NCBI GenBank assembly: GCA_049510745.1
Contig: JBEKYR010000006.1
Location: 126,511-190,510, forward strand
Direction of reading: 5' to 3'
DNA: 64,000 bases
DNA from: Verrucomicrobiota bacterium
GTDB lineage: Bacteria; Verrucomicrobiota; Verrucomicrobiia; Limisphaerales; Palsa-1400
Shown in pieces: positions 17,385 to 26,206 of this stretch. Made by a program: the position numbers and the translations under genes. The notes beneath the pieces were generated by a model. That model searched no databases and was not told the origin of the DNA. It worked only from the letters and a program-made list of their open reading frames with translations. Position 1 is the stretch's first letter; each line of letters begins with the position of its first letter.

Positions 17385-18631
17385 GCAACGAAGAACCCAA
17401 GGGAGAGCCTCTTATTCCGCCCGTTCCGTCCGGCGGCCGGAGCGGCGAAGCGCCTCCGCCGCGGTTGATCGTTCCGCCAGCGCCGCCCGGACGACGAAGA
17501 AGAAATGCGTGGATCGCGGGGATAACCGTTGCAGGCATCGTGATTCTTTGCCTCTGCCTGCTGCGGAGAAGTTCTGGATTGGCCGGCGCAGCCAGCATGG
17601 CAATTCGGACCGCGGCCGTGGCCACAGTCGGGCGCGAGGATTTGCATCGGGACGTGGAGATTCCGGCGGAGTTCCGCCCGTACGTCGAAGTCGAACTGCA
17701 CGCCAAGGTTTCCGGCTACCTGCAGAAGATCAACGTTGATTTTGGCGACCGGGTCAAGGCCGGCCAATTGCTGGCGGTGCTGGAGGTGCCGGAATTGAAG
17801 GATGAATTGGACTCGGCTATCGCGGCGGAGCAGCGCGCCGAGGCCGATTACAAGGATGCGCATCTGATCCACCAACGGCTGGTGAGAGTCAACAAGGAGC
17901 ACCCCAACCTGGTGGCGCAACAGGACATCGATACCGCCGAAGCGAAGGACAATGTCGCCAGGGCCGCCGTAAGCGCCGCCAAAGCGGATGTCGAGAAATA
18001 CCAAACCTTGTTTGGTTACACGCAAATCACCGCGCCGTTTGACGGAGTGATCACGCGGCGTTACGCCGATCCCGGAGTCTTGATTCAGGCGGGCACCTCC
18101 TCGGGCCAGGCCAAAGCGGTGGTCCGCGTTTCGGACAACTACCACCTGCGGCTGGATTTTCCGGTTTCGGTGGAATACGTCAAATATATTAAAGAGGGCG
18201 ACCGCGTGGAGGCGCGGGTGGATTCGCTGGGAGGCAAAATGTACAGCGGGGTCATCACCCGTTTTACGCATGAAGTCAACGAGGAAACCCGGACGATGAC
18301 GACGGAGATTGAAGTCACCAATCCGGACCTGGAACTGACGCCGGGAATGTATGCGGCCGTGATGTTGAAAGTCGAAAAGCGTCCCTCCGCCCTGGCCGTG
18401 CCCATCGAGGCGGTTTCCAGCGGCGGCAAGCCGACCGTTTATCTCCTCAACGGAAACAACGAGATCGAGGAGCGGGCCGTGACTCTGGGCATGGAAACCG
18501 CCACCCGGTATGAAATTCTCTCCGGTTTAAAGGAGGGAGACAAGGTGGTCATCGGCAGCCGAAGCGAGTTCCATCCCGGCGAGAAAGTGGAGCCAAAGCC
18601 CGTCCAGGCGCCCGCCCTGGCCGAGTCATGA
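17381..18631 (+). CDS. RND efflux periplasmic adaptor (MFP)
   Basis: ATGA overlap; AKVSGYLQKINVDFGDRVKAGQLL, ITAPFDGVIT. Confidence 0.92.
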   Translation: MSNEEPKGEPLIPPVPSGGRSGEAPPPRLIVPPAPPGRRRRNAWIAGITVAGIVILCLCLLRRSSGLAGAASMAIRTAAVATVGREDLHRDVEIPAEFRPYVEVELHAKVSGYLQKINVDFGDRVKAGQLLAVLEVPELKDELDSAIAAEQRAEADYKDAHLIHQRLVRVNKEHPNLVAQQDIDTAEAKDNVARAAVSAAKADVEKYQTLFGYTQITAPFDGVITRRYADPGVLIQAGTSSGQAKAVVRVSDNYHLRLDFPVSVEYVKYIKEGDRVEARVDSLGGKMYSGVITRFTHEVNEETRTMTTEIEVTNPDLELTPGMYAAVMLKVEKRPSALAVPIEAVSSGGKPTVYLLNGNNEIEERAVTLGMETATRYEILSGLKEGDKVVIGSRSEFHPGEKVEPKPVQAPALAES

Positions 18632-18687
18632 AGCGGCAAAAAAACGATCCCAAACCGGTTGCGGCAAGTCCAGCCGGGTAATCCGCC

Positions 18688-21600
18688 ATGTCCCGTTTTG
18701 CCATCAAATATCCGTATTTCATCATTGTGGTCTGCCTGATCACGTGCGTGGTGGGTGTCACCAGCCTGCTGCGAATGCCGGTGGATTTGTTCCCGGCCAT
18801 TAACATTCCTGTCGTGGTCGTGGCCACGTTTTATTCCGGCATGCCGCCCGAGCAGATCGAAAACGACATCACCGGCCAATTCGAGCGCATGTTCACCCTG
18901 GCCGCCGGCATTGATCACATGGAATCGCGCTCGCTGACCGGCATCAGTCTGATCAAGGTTTATTTCCAGCCCGGCTCCAATCCCGATTCGGATGTCACCA
19001 GCGTGGCCAATCTGGCCATGGCCAGCCTGCGCTATTTGCCGCCGGGAACACTGCCGCCGATTGTCATGTCCTTTGACGCCTCCAGCCTGCCGGTCTGCCT
19101 GGTGACCTTGAAAGGCGAAGGATTGACGGAAGCGCAACTGCGGGACCTGGGGCAATTCACCATTCGCAACCAGATGGCGGGTGTGCCGGGCGCCTCGGTG
19201 CCGCCGGCGTTCGGCGGCCGCTACCGCCAGATCATGGTGTATGTCGATCCGCTCAAGCTGGAAGCCAACGGTTTGAGCGTGATGGACGTGGTGCGAACGG
19301 TCAACGACGCCAATCTCATTCTGCCGGCCGGCGACGTGAAAATCGGGCCTTATGATTACAACGTCTATGCCAACAGCCAAATCAACGCCATGCGGGACAT
19401 TGATTTGGTGCCGCTCAAGACGGTGGGAACAAAGTCCGTGCTCGTGGCGGACGTGGGCCAGGCGCTGGACGCCTCGCAAATCCAGTACTGCAAAGTCCGC
19501 GTCAACGGCCAGCCGTCGGTTTATTTGCCGGTTATGAAGCAGGGTGGCGATGCCAACACCATCGCAGTGGTCAACGGGGTCAAACGAGTCGTCTCCAAAC
19601 TGCTGGACGTGCCCAAGGCATTGATTCCGGAGGTGGTCTTCGACCAGTCGGTTTTTGTGCGCAGCGCCATCGAGAACCTGATTCACGAGGGGGCCATCGG
19701 GCTGATCCTGACCGGCGTGATGATCCTGGTCTTTCTGGGCAGCGTGCGCGCCACCGTCGCGGTGTTCCTCTCCATCCCGCTCTCGGCGCTGGCCGCGTTC
19801 ATCGCGCTGGCCCTGGGCGGCAATACCGTCAACACGATGATTCTGGGCGGCCTGGCCCTGGCCTTTTCCCGGCTGATTGACAACTCGGTGGTGGTCCTGG
19901 AAAACATCTTCCGGCACATCGAATTGGGCGAAAGCCCCGAGGTCGCCGCCGAGCGGGGCGGCCAGGAGGTGTCGCTGCCCGTGTTGGCCGCGACGCTGAC
20001 CACGGCCATTGTCTTTTTTCCCGTGACCTTTCTTTACGGCGTGAGCCGCTATCTGTTTTCCGCCCTGGCGATCTCGGTCGTCTTGTCCTTGTTCGCCTCC
20101 TACTTTGTGGCGATGACCGTGGTGCCGCTCTTTTGCGCGAAGTTGATCAAAAAGGCGTGCGCGGATCACGAACTCGGGCAAGCGCGCGCCACGCCGTTGC
20201 GCGCCGAAAAATGGGACGCGCGCTTCAATTTCTGGTTCAATCGCAAGTTTCAGAACATGCTGGGCCGTTACGACGGGCTGCTGAGTATCACCCTGCTGCG
20301 GCCGCTCACGACGGTCCTCGGCATCACGGGCATTTTCTTGCTCAGCACGGCGCTCTATCCCTGGATCGGCAAGTCCTACTTTCCACGGACCGACCCAAGC
20401 CAATTCGTCATCAATCTCAAGGCGCCGTCCGGCACGCGGATCGAGTTGACGGAACAGTTGATCGCTCGCGTGGAAGACCTCGTGCGCCAGGTGGTTCCGA
20501 AACGCGACCTCAAGATCCTTGTGGCCAATATCGGGATCACGCCGGGTTTTTCGTCCATCTTGTCGCCCAATTCCGGCCCCAGCACCGCCTTTGTCCAAGT
20601 CGGTTTGGAAGACGGCCACCAATTGAGCAGCTTCGCCTACATGGACCTGGTGCGCTCGCGCCTGAAGAGCGATCTGCCGCAGGTCAGCGCCTATTTCCAG
20701 ACAGGCGGGTTGGTCGATGCCGTCCTCAACCTGGGCATGCCCGCCCCGCTGGACATCCAGGTCAGCGGCATGGACATGAAAGGCGCCTCCGCCGTGGCCA
20801 ATCAAATCGCCCAACAGGTGCGCGCCTTGCCCGGAGTCAGCGACGTGCTGATCCCGCAGGACGTGGATTATCCGGCGCTGGAAATCAATATCGACCGCGA
20901 GCGCGCCAGCGAATTGGGTCTGACGGCCAAGGAAGTGGTGGACAGCCTTATCACCGCGCTGACATCCGACGGCATGATTGCGCCCAGCTATTGGATCGAT
21001 CCCGCGACAGGGAATAATTACCTGCTGACCGTGCAGTACCCGGAAAACCGTGTCAGGAATCTGGCCGACCTCGGCTCCATGCCGTTGCGCTCGCCCCGCC
21101 TCAAACAGGCCACGCGGCTGGACTCCGTCGTCCACATTTCCCACGTTGCGGCCCCGACGGAAGTGGACCATTATCAAATTCGCCGGACGATTGACGTGTA
21201 CGTGGCGCCCAAGAGCGAGGACCTGAGCCGGCTTTACGCGGACGCGCGGAAAATCATCGACCATACCGCACTGCCGCCAAACATGACGGTAACGGTGCGG
21301 GGATCGGTGCAAGCGATGCGCGAGTCGTTCAAGAGCTTTGCCGTCGGCCTGATTCTCTCGGTCATCCTGGTCTATCTGATCCTGGTCGCGCAGTTTCGCT
21401 CCTTCGTGGACCCCTTTCTGATTCTATTGGCGGTGCCGACGGGCTTGACGGGCGTGTTGGTGATTCTCGCAGCCACCGGCACGACCCTCAACGTCATGTC
21501 GCTCATGGGATTGATCATGATGGTGGGCATTGTCGTTTCCAACAGCATCTTGATCGTCGAGTTTACCAATCGCCTGCGCCAGGAAGGCAAGTCCGTGCGA

Positions 21601-21828
21601 GAGGCCGTCGCCCTGGCGTGCAAGGTCCGGTTGCGGCCGGTGCTGATGACCTCGCTGGCCACGCTGATCGGCTTGATTCCGCTGGCGCTCAAGTTGGGCA
21701 CTGGCGGGGAATCTTACGCGCCGCTGGCCCAGGCGATCATCGGCGGACTGACGGTCTCGGTCGTGTTGACAGTCTTTATCGTGCCGGCGGCTTATCTGTT
21801 GATCCACGGGAAGCGGAAGAAAACATGA
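18688..21828 (+). CDS. RND efflux permease (AcrB/CusA superfamily)
   Basis: 1046 aa with 12-TM pattern; MPVDLFP, RLIDNSVVVLEN, RLRPVLMTSL. Confidence 0.95.
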   Translation: MSRFAIKYPYFIIVVCLITCVVGVTSLLRMPVDLFPAINIPVVVVATFYSGMPPEQIENDITGQFERMFTLAAGIDHMESRSLTGISLIKVYFQPGSNPDSDVTSVANLAMASLRYLPPGTLPPIVMSFDASSLPVCLVTLKGEGLTEAQLRDLGQFTIRNQMAGVPGASVPPAFGGRYRQIMVYVDPLKLEANGLSVMDVVRTVNDANLILPAGDVKIGPYDYNVYANSQINAMRDIDLVPLKTVGTKSVLVADVGQALDASQIQYCKVRVNGQPSVYLPVMKQGGDANTIAVVNGVKRVVSKLLDVPKALIPEVVFDQSVFVRSAIENLIHEGAIGLILTGVMILVFLGSVRATVAVFLSIPLSALAAFIALALGGNTVNTMILGGLALAFSRLIDNSVVVLENIFRHIELGESPEVAAERGGQEVSLPVLAATLTTAIVFFPVTFLYGVSRYLFSALAISVVLSLFASYFVAMTVVPLFCAKLIKKACADHELGQARATPLRAEKWDARFNFWFNRKFQNMLGRYDGLLSITLLRPLTTVLGITGIFLLSTALYPWIGKSYFPRTDPSQFVINLKAPSGTRIELTEQLIARVEDLVRQVVPKRDLKILVANIGITPGFSSILSPNSGPSTAFVQVGLEDGHQLSSFAYMDLVRSRLKSDLPQVSAYFQTGGLVDAVLNLGMPAPLDIQVSGMDMKGASAVANQIAQQVRALPGVSDVLIPQDVDYPALEINIDRERASELGLTAKEVVDSLITALTSDGMIAPSYWIDPATGNNYLLTVQYPENRVRNLADLGSMPLRSPRLKQATRLDSVVHISHVAAPTEVDHYQIRRTIDVYVAPKSEDLSRLYADARKIIDHTALPPNMTVTVRGSVQAMRESFKSFAVGLILSVILVYLILVAQFRSFVDPFLILLAVPTGLTGVLVILAATGTTLNVMSLMGLIMMVGIVVSNSILIVEFTNRLRQEGKSVREAVALACKVRLRPVLMTSLATLIGLIPLALKLGTGGESYAPLAQAIIGGLTVSVVLTVFIVPAAYLLIHGKRKKT

Positions 21829-23114
21829 AAGTTTGGCCTCTCATTTTGGCCATGATGGCGGCGCGGTTGGCGCAGGCCGCCGACGCGCCAACAAGCCCGT
21901 TGACGCTGGCCCAGGCGCGGGAAATCGCGCTCAGACAACATCCCAAAATCTCCGTGGCCAATTTGACGGCGCTGGCGGCCCGCCAGGCCACCAAACAGGT
22001 CCAATCGTCGTTGCTGCCGGCCATTTTCGCCAACGCCACGGCCGTCGGCAACGCGGACCCAAACAACACGCGCATCGCTGCCGGCGGATTGAACAACCCG
22101 CTCATCTACGAGCGCGAGGCCCAAGGCGTCATCATCAGCCAGCTTATCACCGATTTTGGCCGCTCGTGGGATTTGACCAGGAGCGCCCGGTTGCGCGAGC
22201 GCTCCGAGCAGATGAACGCCGAGGCCACCCGCGCCCAAATCCTGCTGGAGGTGGACAACGCCTACTTCTCGACTTTGGAGTCGCAGTCGGTGCTGGAAGT
22301 CGCGCAGGAAACCGTGCGCGCGCGGCAGTTGGTCTTGGAACAAACGCGGGCGCTGGCGACCAACAAGATGCGGTCCGAACTGGATGTCAGTTTCGCCAGC
22401 GTCGATTACGATCAGGCAAAGATTCTCCTGGCCAAGGCGCAAATCGATCTGCAAGCCGGCTTCGCGGTCTTTTCGACCGTGCTGGGAGAACGCCATGCGC
22501 AAACCTACCGCCTCGCCGACGAACCGCTGGCCGCCTATGTCACCAATAATTCCTCCGCCCTCATTCTCGAAGCGCTGGCGCAGCGGCCCGATTTGGCGCA
22601 ACTGCGCTATCAGCGCGATGCCGCCTGGGAATTCGCGCGGGCGCAGGGCAAGCTGAATTATCCGACGCTGAGCGCCGTCGGCACAGCCGGCGAGATCCCC
22701 ACCGGCAACGCTCATCTTGGTCCCGATTATGCGGCGGCGGGCATCAATCTGAGGCTGCCTCTCTACGAGGGCGGACTCAACGCCGGGCTTCGGCGGGAAG
22801 CGCAGTTGCGCGCCAAAGCGGCCGATGAATCGGTGCGCGACCAGGAAGACAACGTCGCCCGCGACGTGCAGGTCACCAGCCTCAATCTCGATTATGCCTG
22901 GCAACGGCTGGGCTTGACCGAAGAGCTGCTGCGCAACGCCAGCCAGGCGCTGGAACTCTCCCAGGCGCGCTTCAAGCTGGGGTCCAGTTCCATCATCGAA
23001 TTGAGCCAGGCGGAACTGAACCAGACCTCGGCGCAAATCGCCGCCGCGGACGCGCGCTACAATTACCAGATCCAACGCTCCGCCCTGGACTTTCAACTCG
23101 GACGACTGCGCTAA
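21825..23114 (+). CDS. TolC-family outer membrane efflux protein
   Basis: Signal peptide, two OEP repeats, ALELSQARFKLG. Confidence 0.9.
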   Translation: MKVWPLILAMMAARLAQAADAPTSPLTLAQAREIALRQHPKISVANLTALAARQATKQVQSSLLPAIFANATAVGNADPNNTRIAAGGLNNPLIYEREAQGVIISQLITDFGRSWDLTRSARLRERSEQMNAEATRAQILLEVDNAYFSTLESQSVLEVAQETVRARQLVLEQTRALATNKMRSELDVSFASVDYDQAKILLAKAQIDLQAGFAVFSTVLGERHAQTYRLADEPLAAYVTNNSSALILEALAQRPDLAQLRYQRDAAWEFARAQGKLNYPTLSAVGTAGEIPTGNAHLGPDYAAAGINLRLPLYEGGLNAGLRREAQLRAKAADESVRDQEDNVARDVQVTSLNLDYAWQRLGLTEELLRNASQALELSQARFKLGSSSIIELSQAELNQTSAQIAAADARYNYQIQRSALDFQLGRLR

Positions 23115-23215
23115 TGTTGCGACTGTTCCTTGTTGTTTTGGCAGACCGAGGACAGGCGCGCCTGACGTAGAATTGCTGCAAAACCGGGGGCGTCAACGCA
23201 AGTCGTTGATGGAGA

Positions 23216-23236
23216 TGGAGCGAGCGAAGGGATTCG
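23216..23236 (-). mobile_element. att-like duplicate of the tRNA-Gly 3' end
   Basis: tggagcgagcgaagggattcg identical to 25960-25980. Confidence 0.85.
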
Positions 23237-23427
23237 GTCCAGGAAAAGATGTAAAGCGGCCATGCAACCGATCATTAACAACTATTTATACCACAATGCT
23301 TTACATATGTTTTTTCCAAATGGCCTCATCTGTTAGAAACGGGCCATGGAATTGAAAACTTACAGCATCCCAAAGCTTCATCTGCCGAAGATGAAATTAT
23401 CATTGCTATCGGAGTATTCTACAGGCC

Positions 23428-25608
23428 TCAATGTTTGAGCGTTTCAATGATTTTAGAGATGTTCATTAAATTGGTGGCGCGTGCGAATGGGAACATCAAT
23501 TGTGCCTCCATCTCATTAATGGCGCTATGTGAAAGCGTCCATCCGAGCGGAAGATCTCCGGGTCGAGTGAGTTTACCCAAGGGTTCCCCTGGCCCGCGTT
23601 CGTAAAGATGGAACACAAAAACCTTATCCTCCCCGCTCCCGTTATCCTCTCGCCTGTCGTAATCGCGCGCCTGTTCGAAGGCGTAAATCCCGCGGGCAGT
23701 GCGCGTGTTGAGCAATGCCAGGACGGGCGAGAGCGATTCGCGCATGAAACTGTGGTGATTGATTCTCGGCTCAAGCGGAATCGGGTCGTTGTCAATCAGG
23801 ACGAGCCTCGGCTGGATTTTCAACTTCCGGTTGTCGATGTGACGCTTGATGGCTGCCAGCACGTCCACCAAGGTTGTTGCTCCTGAATTCTCGAAGTAGC
23901 CCCCATCCACAACGTGAGTCCCGTCGGCTGGAAAACGACCTGCTGGGCTGAAGTACGTGAACCGCGCGCTCTGATGCACGGCCGTGCTCAATCGAATCGG
24001 CGCGTTTGTCAATTTGTCCGCAGCCGCAACCGCCTCGAGAAAATCGCCAGCGGGACCGGAGTGACCTATCCCACTCGAATGGATGTCCAGATCGCTGGTG
24101 ATGACACGCCCACCAGTTTCAACACATGTGCCGGTGAAAAACAGGTGTGGGACCAAGATATGGGTTTCAAATGCCCTGTCGTAAAACTCCCCAAGGCTCT
24201 GTTCAAGCACGTTTGTGTGGAATTCCTCCTGCCATGCGGCAGCCCAGGCGTCTTCAAGACTCGCGGCGCGGTCCCACTTTTTGACGGGGCAGAACCAGAA
24301 CTGCTGGAAGAGGTCGGCAAAGGCCATCTTGGCCAGATTGGCTGCGAGGAAATCCTTGGCCAACAGACGGCGCGCCGATGTATGAAAATCGGTTGTTGGC
24401 TTCGGGCAAGGAACCTGGAGTGCGGTAAAGGTCATTTCGCCGAGCGCACCGCCAGACACGCCGCTCATGGCAAAGGTCTGGGCGGCGAAGCTGGTCCCGT
24501 TGCTGCGTGCGCGGTTTTCCAACTCGCCGAGCACAATGGCGGTCCAGTAGGCAGCGCGGATTCCACCCCCGGCGGAGGCAACCAGATACAGGGGGCGCAA
24601 TTGGTTCGTGTCCTTCATCGGATACGCTATCGAGACGCCCTTATACCATTCGTCCAAAGCACCGGTGATCGTCATCGGCTTCTTCCCGCTGTGTTCGGGG
24701 CCCAGAATTCGGACGTCGTGGTTGTCGTTGAAGCGACTGCAAAATACCACCCATAAAAGCAGGAACGTTATGATTGGCACCCGGTAGCAATTGGCCCAAT
24801 AAAGAATCAAGCTGCCGGCGCTGATCCACGCCGCAATAGCGAACAACACGACCGCAGGCGAACCCAGGGATTGCCCCCAGCCCACCGGCGAGCAAGTCAA
24901 CCCCACAAACCAAAACACTGAAACTGTCCATGCGATGCCGATGGCTCCACGTGTCTGGGGATTCGCCCAAATCGCTCCAACGCTGTTGAAGCGGCGCGGA
25001 ATGTAGCGGCCTTGACTGGCTCCGTTTGACTTTTGTTCCCATCGTTGATATTGGTCAAACAGAAGTTGGCGCTCGTCTTCCTGCCCATCGGAGTACTTTT
25101 GTTCCCATCGTTGATATTGGTCAAGCAGAAGCCAAAGGATTAGACCGACCCCGCCCGAAATTCCCGCCAAAATGAAGCATTGTTTCTCGTGCGGCGAATA
25201 GCGGGACGCCATCACAAAGGCGATCGCCATCCCGCCCGGCGGCAGGAAACCGCAGATACGGCGCAGTATGAGCCGGGCCTTCTCGGCCGTCTCACTTGAA
25301 ATCTGTTTCACTTCCTCAGAAGTAGGAAATTCGCAATTCAACAGGAACCGCGCCCAAGCCCAGCTTGCCAGACCGGCCACGAACAATCCGGCAAACAACC
25401 AAATAACATGAGGCAGATCCTTCTTTTCGTGCAGATCTGACGCGATGCGACAAAGAATGTCGAGGCCTTGATCGTTGAAGATGAAGAGCACCGGCACGAG
25501 CAAGGAAGCGATGAAACAAGCGCGAGCCGGCTGCAGGATGTGATATAATTGCCTTATGCGCAGCCAAGCCTGTTGACATTTGGTCAGGAGCTTGTCGAGC
25601 GTTTCCAT
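23428..25608 (-). CDS. Multi-TM patatin-like phospholipase
   Basis: AGGGIRAAYW, GVSGG (GxSxG), VDGGYFENSG; hydrophobic N-terminal half. Confidence 0.8.
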   Translation of the reverse strand: METLDKLLTKCQQAWLRIRQLYHILQPARACFIASLLVPVLFIFNDQGLDILCRIASDLHEKKDLPHVIWLFAGLFVAGLASWAWARFLLNCEFPTSEEVKQISSETAEKARLILRRICGFLPPGGMAIAFVMASRYSPHEKQCFILAGISGGVGLILWLLLDQYQRWEQKYSDGQEDERQLLFDQYQRWEQKSNGASQGRYIPRRFNSVGAIWANPQTRGAIGIAWTVSVFWFVGLTCSPVGWGQSLGSPAVVLFAIAAWISAGSLILYWANCYRVPIITFLLLWVVFCSRFNDNHDVRILGPEHSGKKPMTITGALDEWYKGVSIAYPMKDTNQLRPLYLVASAGGGIRAAYWTAIVLGELENRARSNGTSFAAQTFAMSGVSGGALGEMTFTALQVPCPKPTTDFHTSARRLLAKDFLAANLAKMAFADLFQQFWFCPVKKWDRAASLEDAWAAAWQEEFHTNVLEQSLGEFYDRAFETHILVPHLFFTGTCVETGGRVITSDLDIHSSGIGHSGPAGDFLEAVAAADKLTNAPIRLSTAVHQSARFTYFSPAGRFPADGTHVVDGGYFENSGATTLVDVLAAIKRHIDNRKLKIQPRLVLIDNDPIPLEPRINHHSFMRESLSPVLALLNTRTARGIYAFEQARDYDRREDNGSGEDKVFVFHLYERGPGEPLGKLTRPGDLPLGWTLSHSAINEMEAQLMFPFARATNLMNISKIIETLKH

Positions 25609-25959
25609 AAACGAGAACCCAAGTTAAACATCCTCAATCAAAAAAAGGCAACCGGCCATGAAATTGGGTCGGCATGGCGGAATGGTGCAGGATCACACTT
25701 GGAAAGTCAAGCGTTGAGTGCCGAGCCAGCATGGTCGTCAGCTTCTGCCTGCAAGCTCTGCAACACAGGCGTGCCCGCTGTTCTGCATCGGTTTTAGGAA
25801 CTCGTCGAGCGTCATTCCAATAGCATGGAGAAGCCAACAATACCCGCTTCATGGCTTGGACTCGTTTCAGGTGTGATGAAACCCGTGCAAACTTGTCAGG
25901 AAAGCCCTAAAACCGCAGTCAGATTCACTGTAATCAGTTGATTCTTAGAGTCTTGAGAT

Positions 25960-26036
25960 TGGAGCGAGCGAAGGGATTCGAACCCTCGACATTCACCTTG
26001 GCAAGGTGACGCTCTACCAGACTGAGCTACGCTCGC
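25960..26036 (-). tRNA. tRNA-Gly (GCC)
   Basis: 77-nt cloverleaf: GCGAGCG acceptor stem, anticodon loop TTGCCAA, TTCGAAT T-loop, encoded CCA. Confidence 0.98.
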
Positions 26037-26206
26037 TTCCGTAAACGTCGCAAAATTAAGGCATCCCTCCTGAATTGCAAGCGGGAAAATTGCCGAAAAT
26101 TTGCCCGATTGCCGCCGCGCCATCGCACAAATGAGTTGCGCTTTGCCGCCGGTCGTGGCTTTCTTACGCCTGATTTTTGCGCCTGGTAATTGGCCGTCCG
26201 AATAAT

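Noticed and set aside
16448..23096. Long antisense ORFs (16448-18271, 18439-21312, 21792-23096)
   Set aside because: Shadow frames of the GC-rich HK/RND genes with no recognisable motifs.
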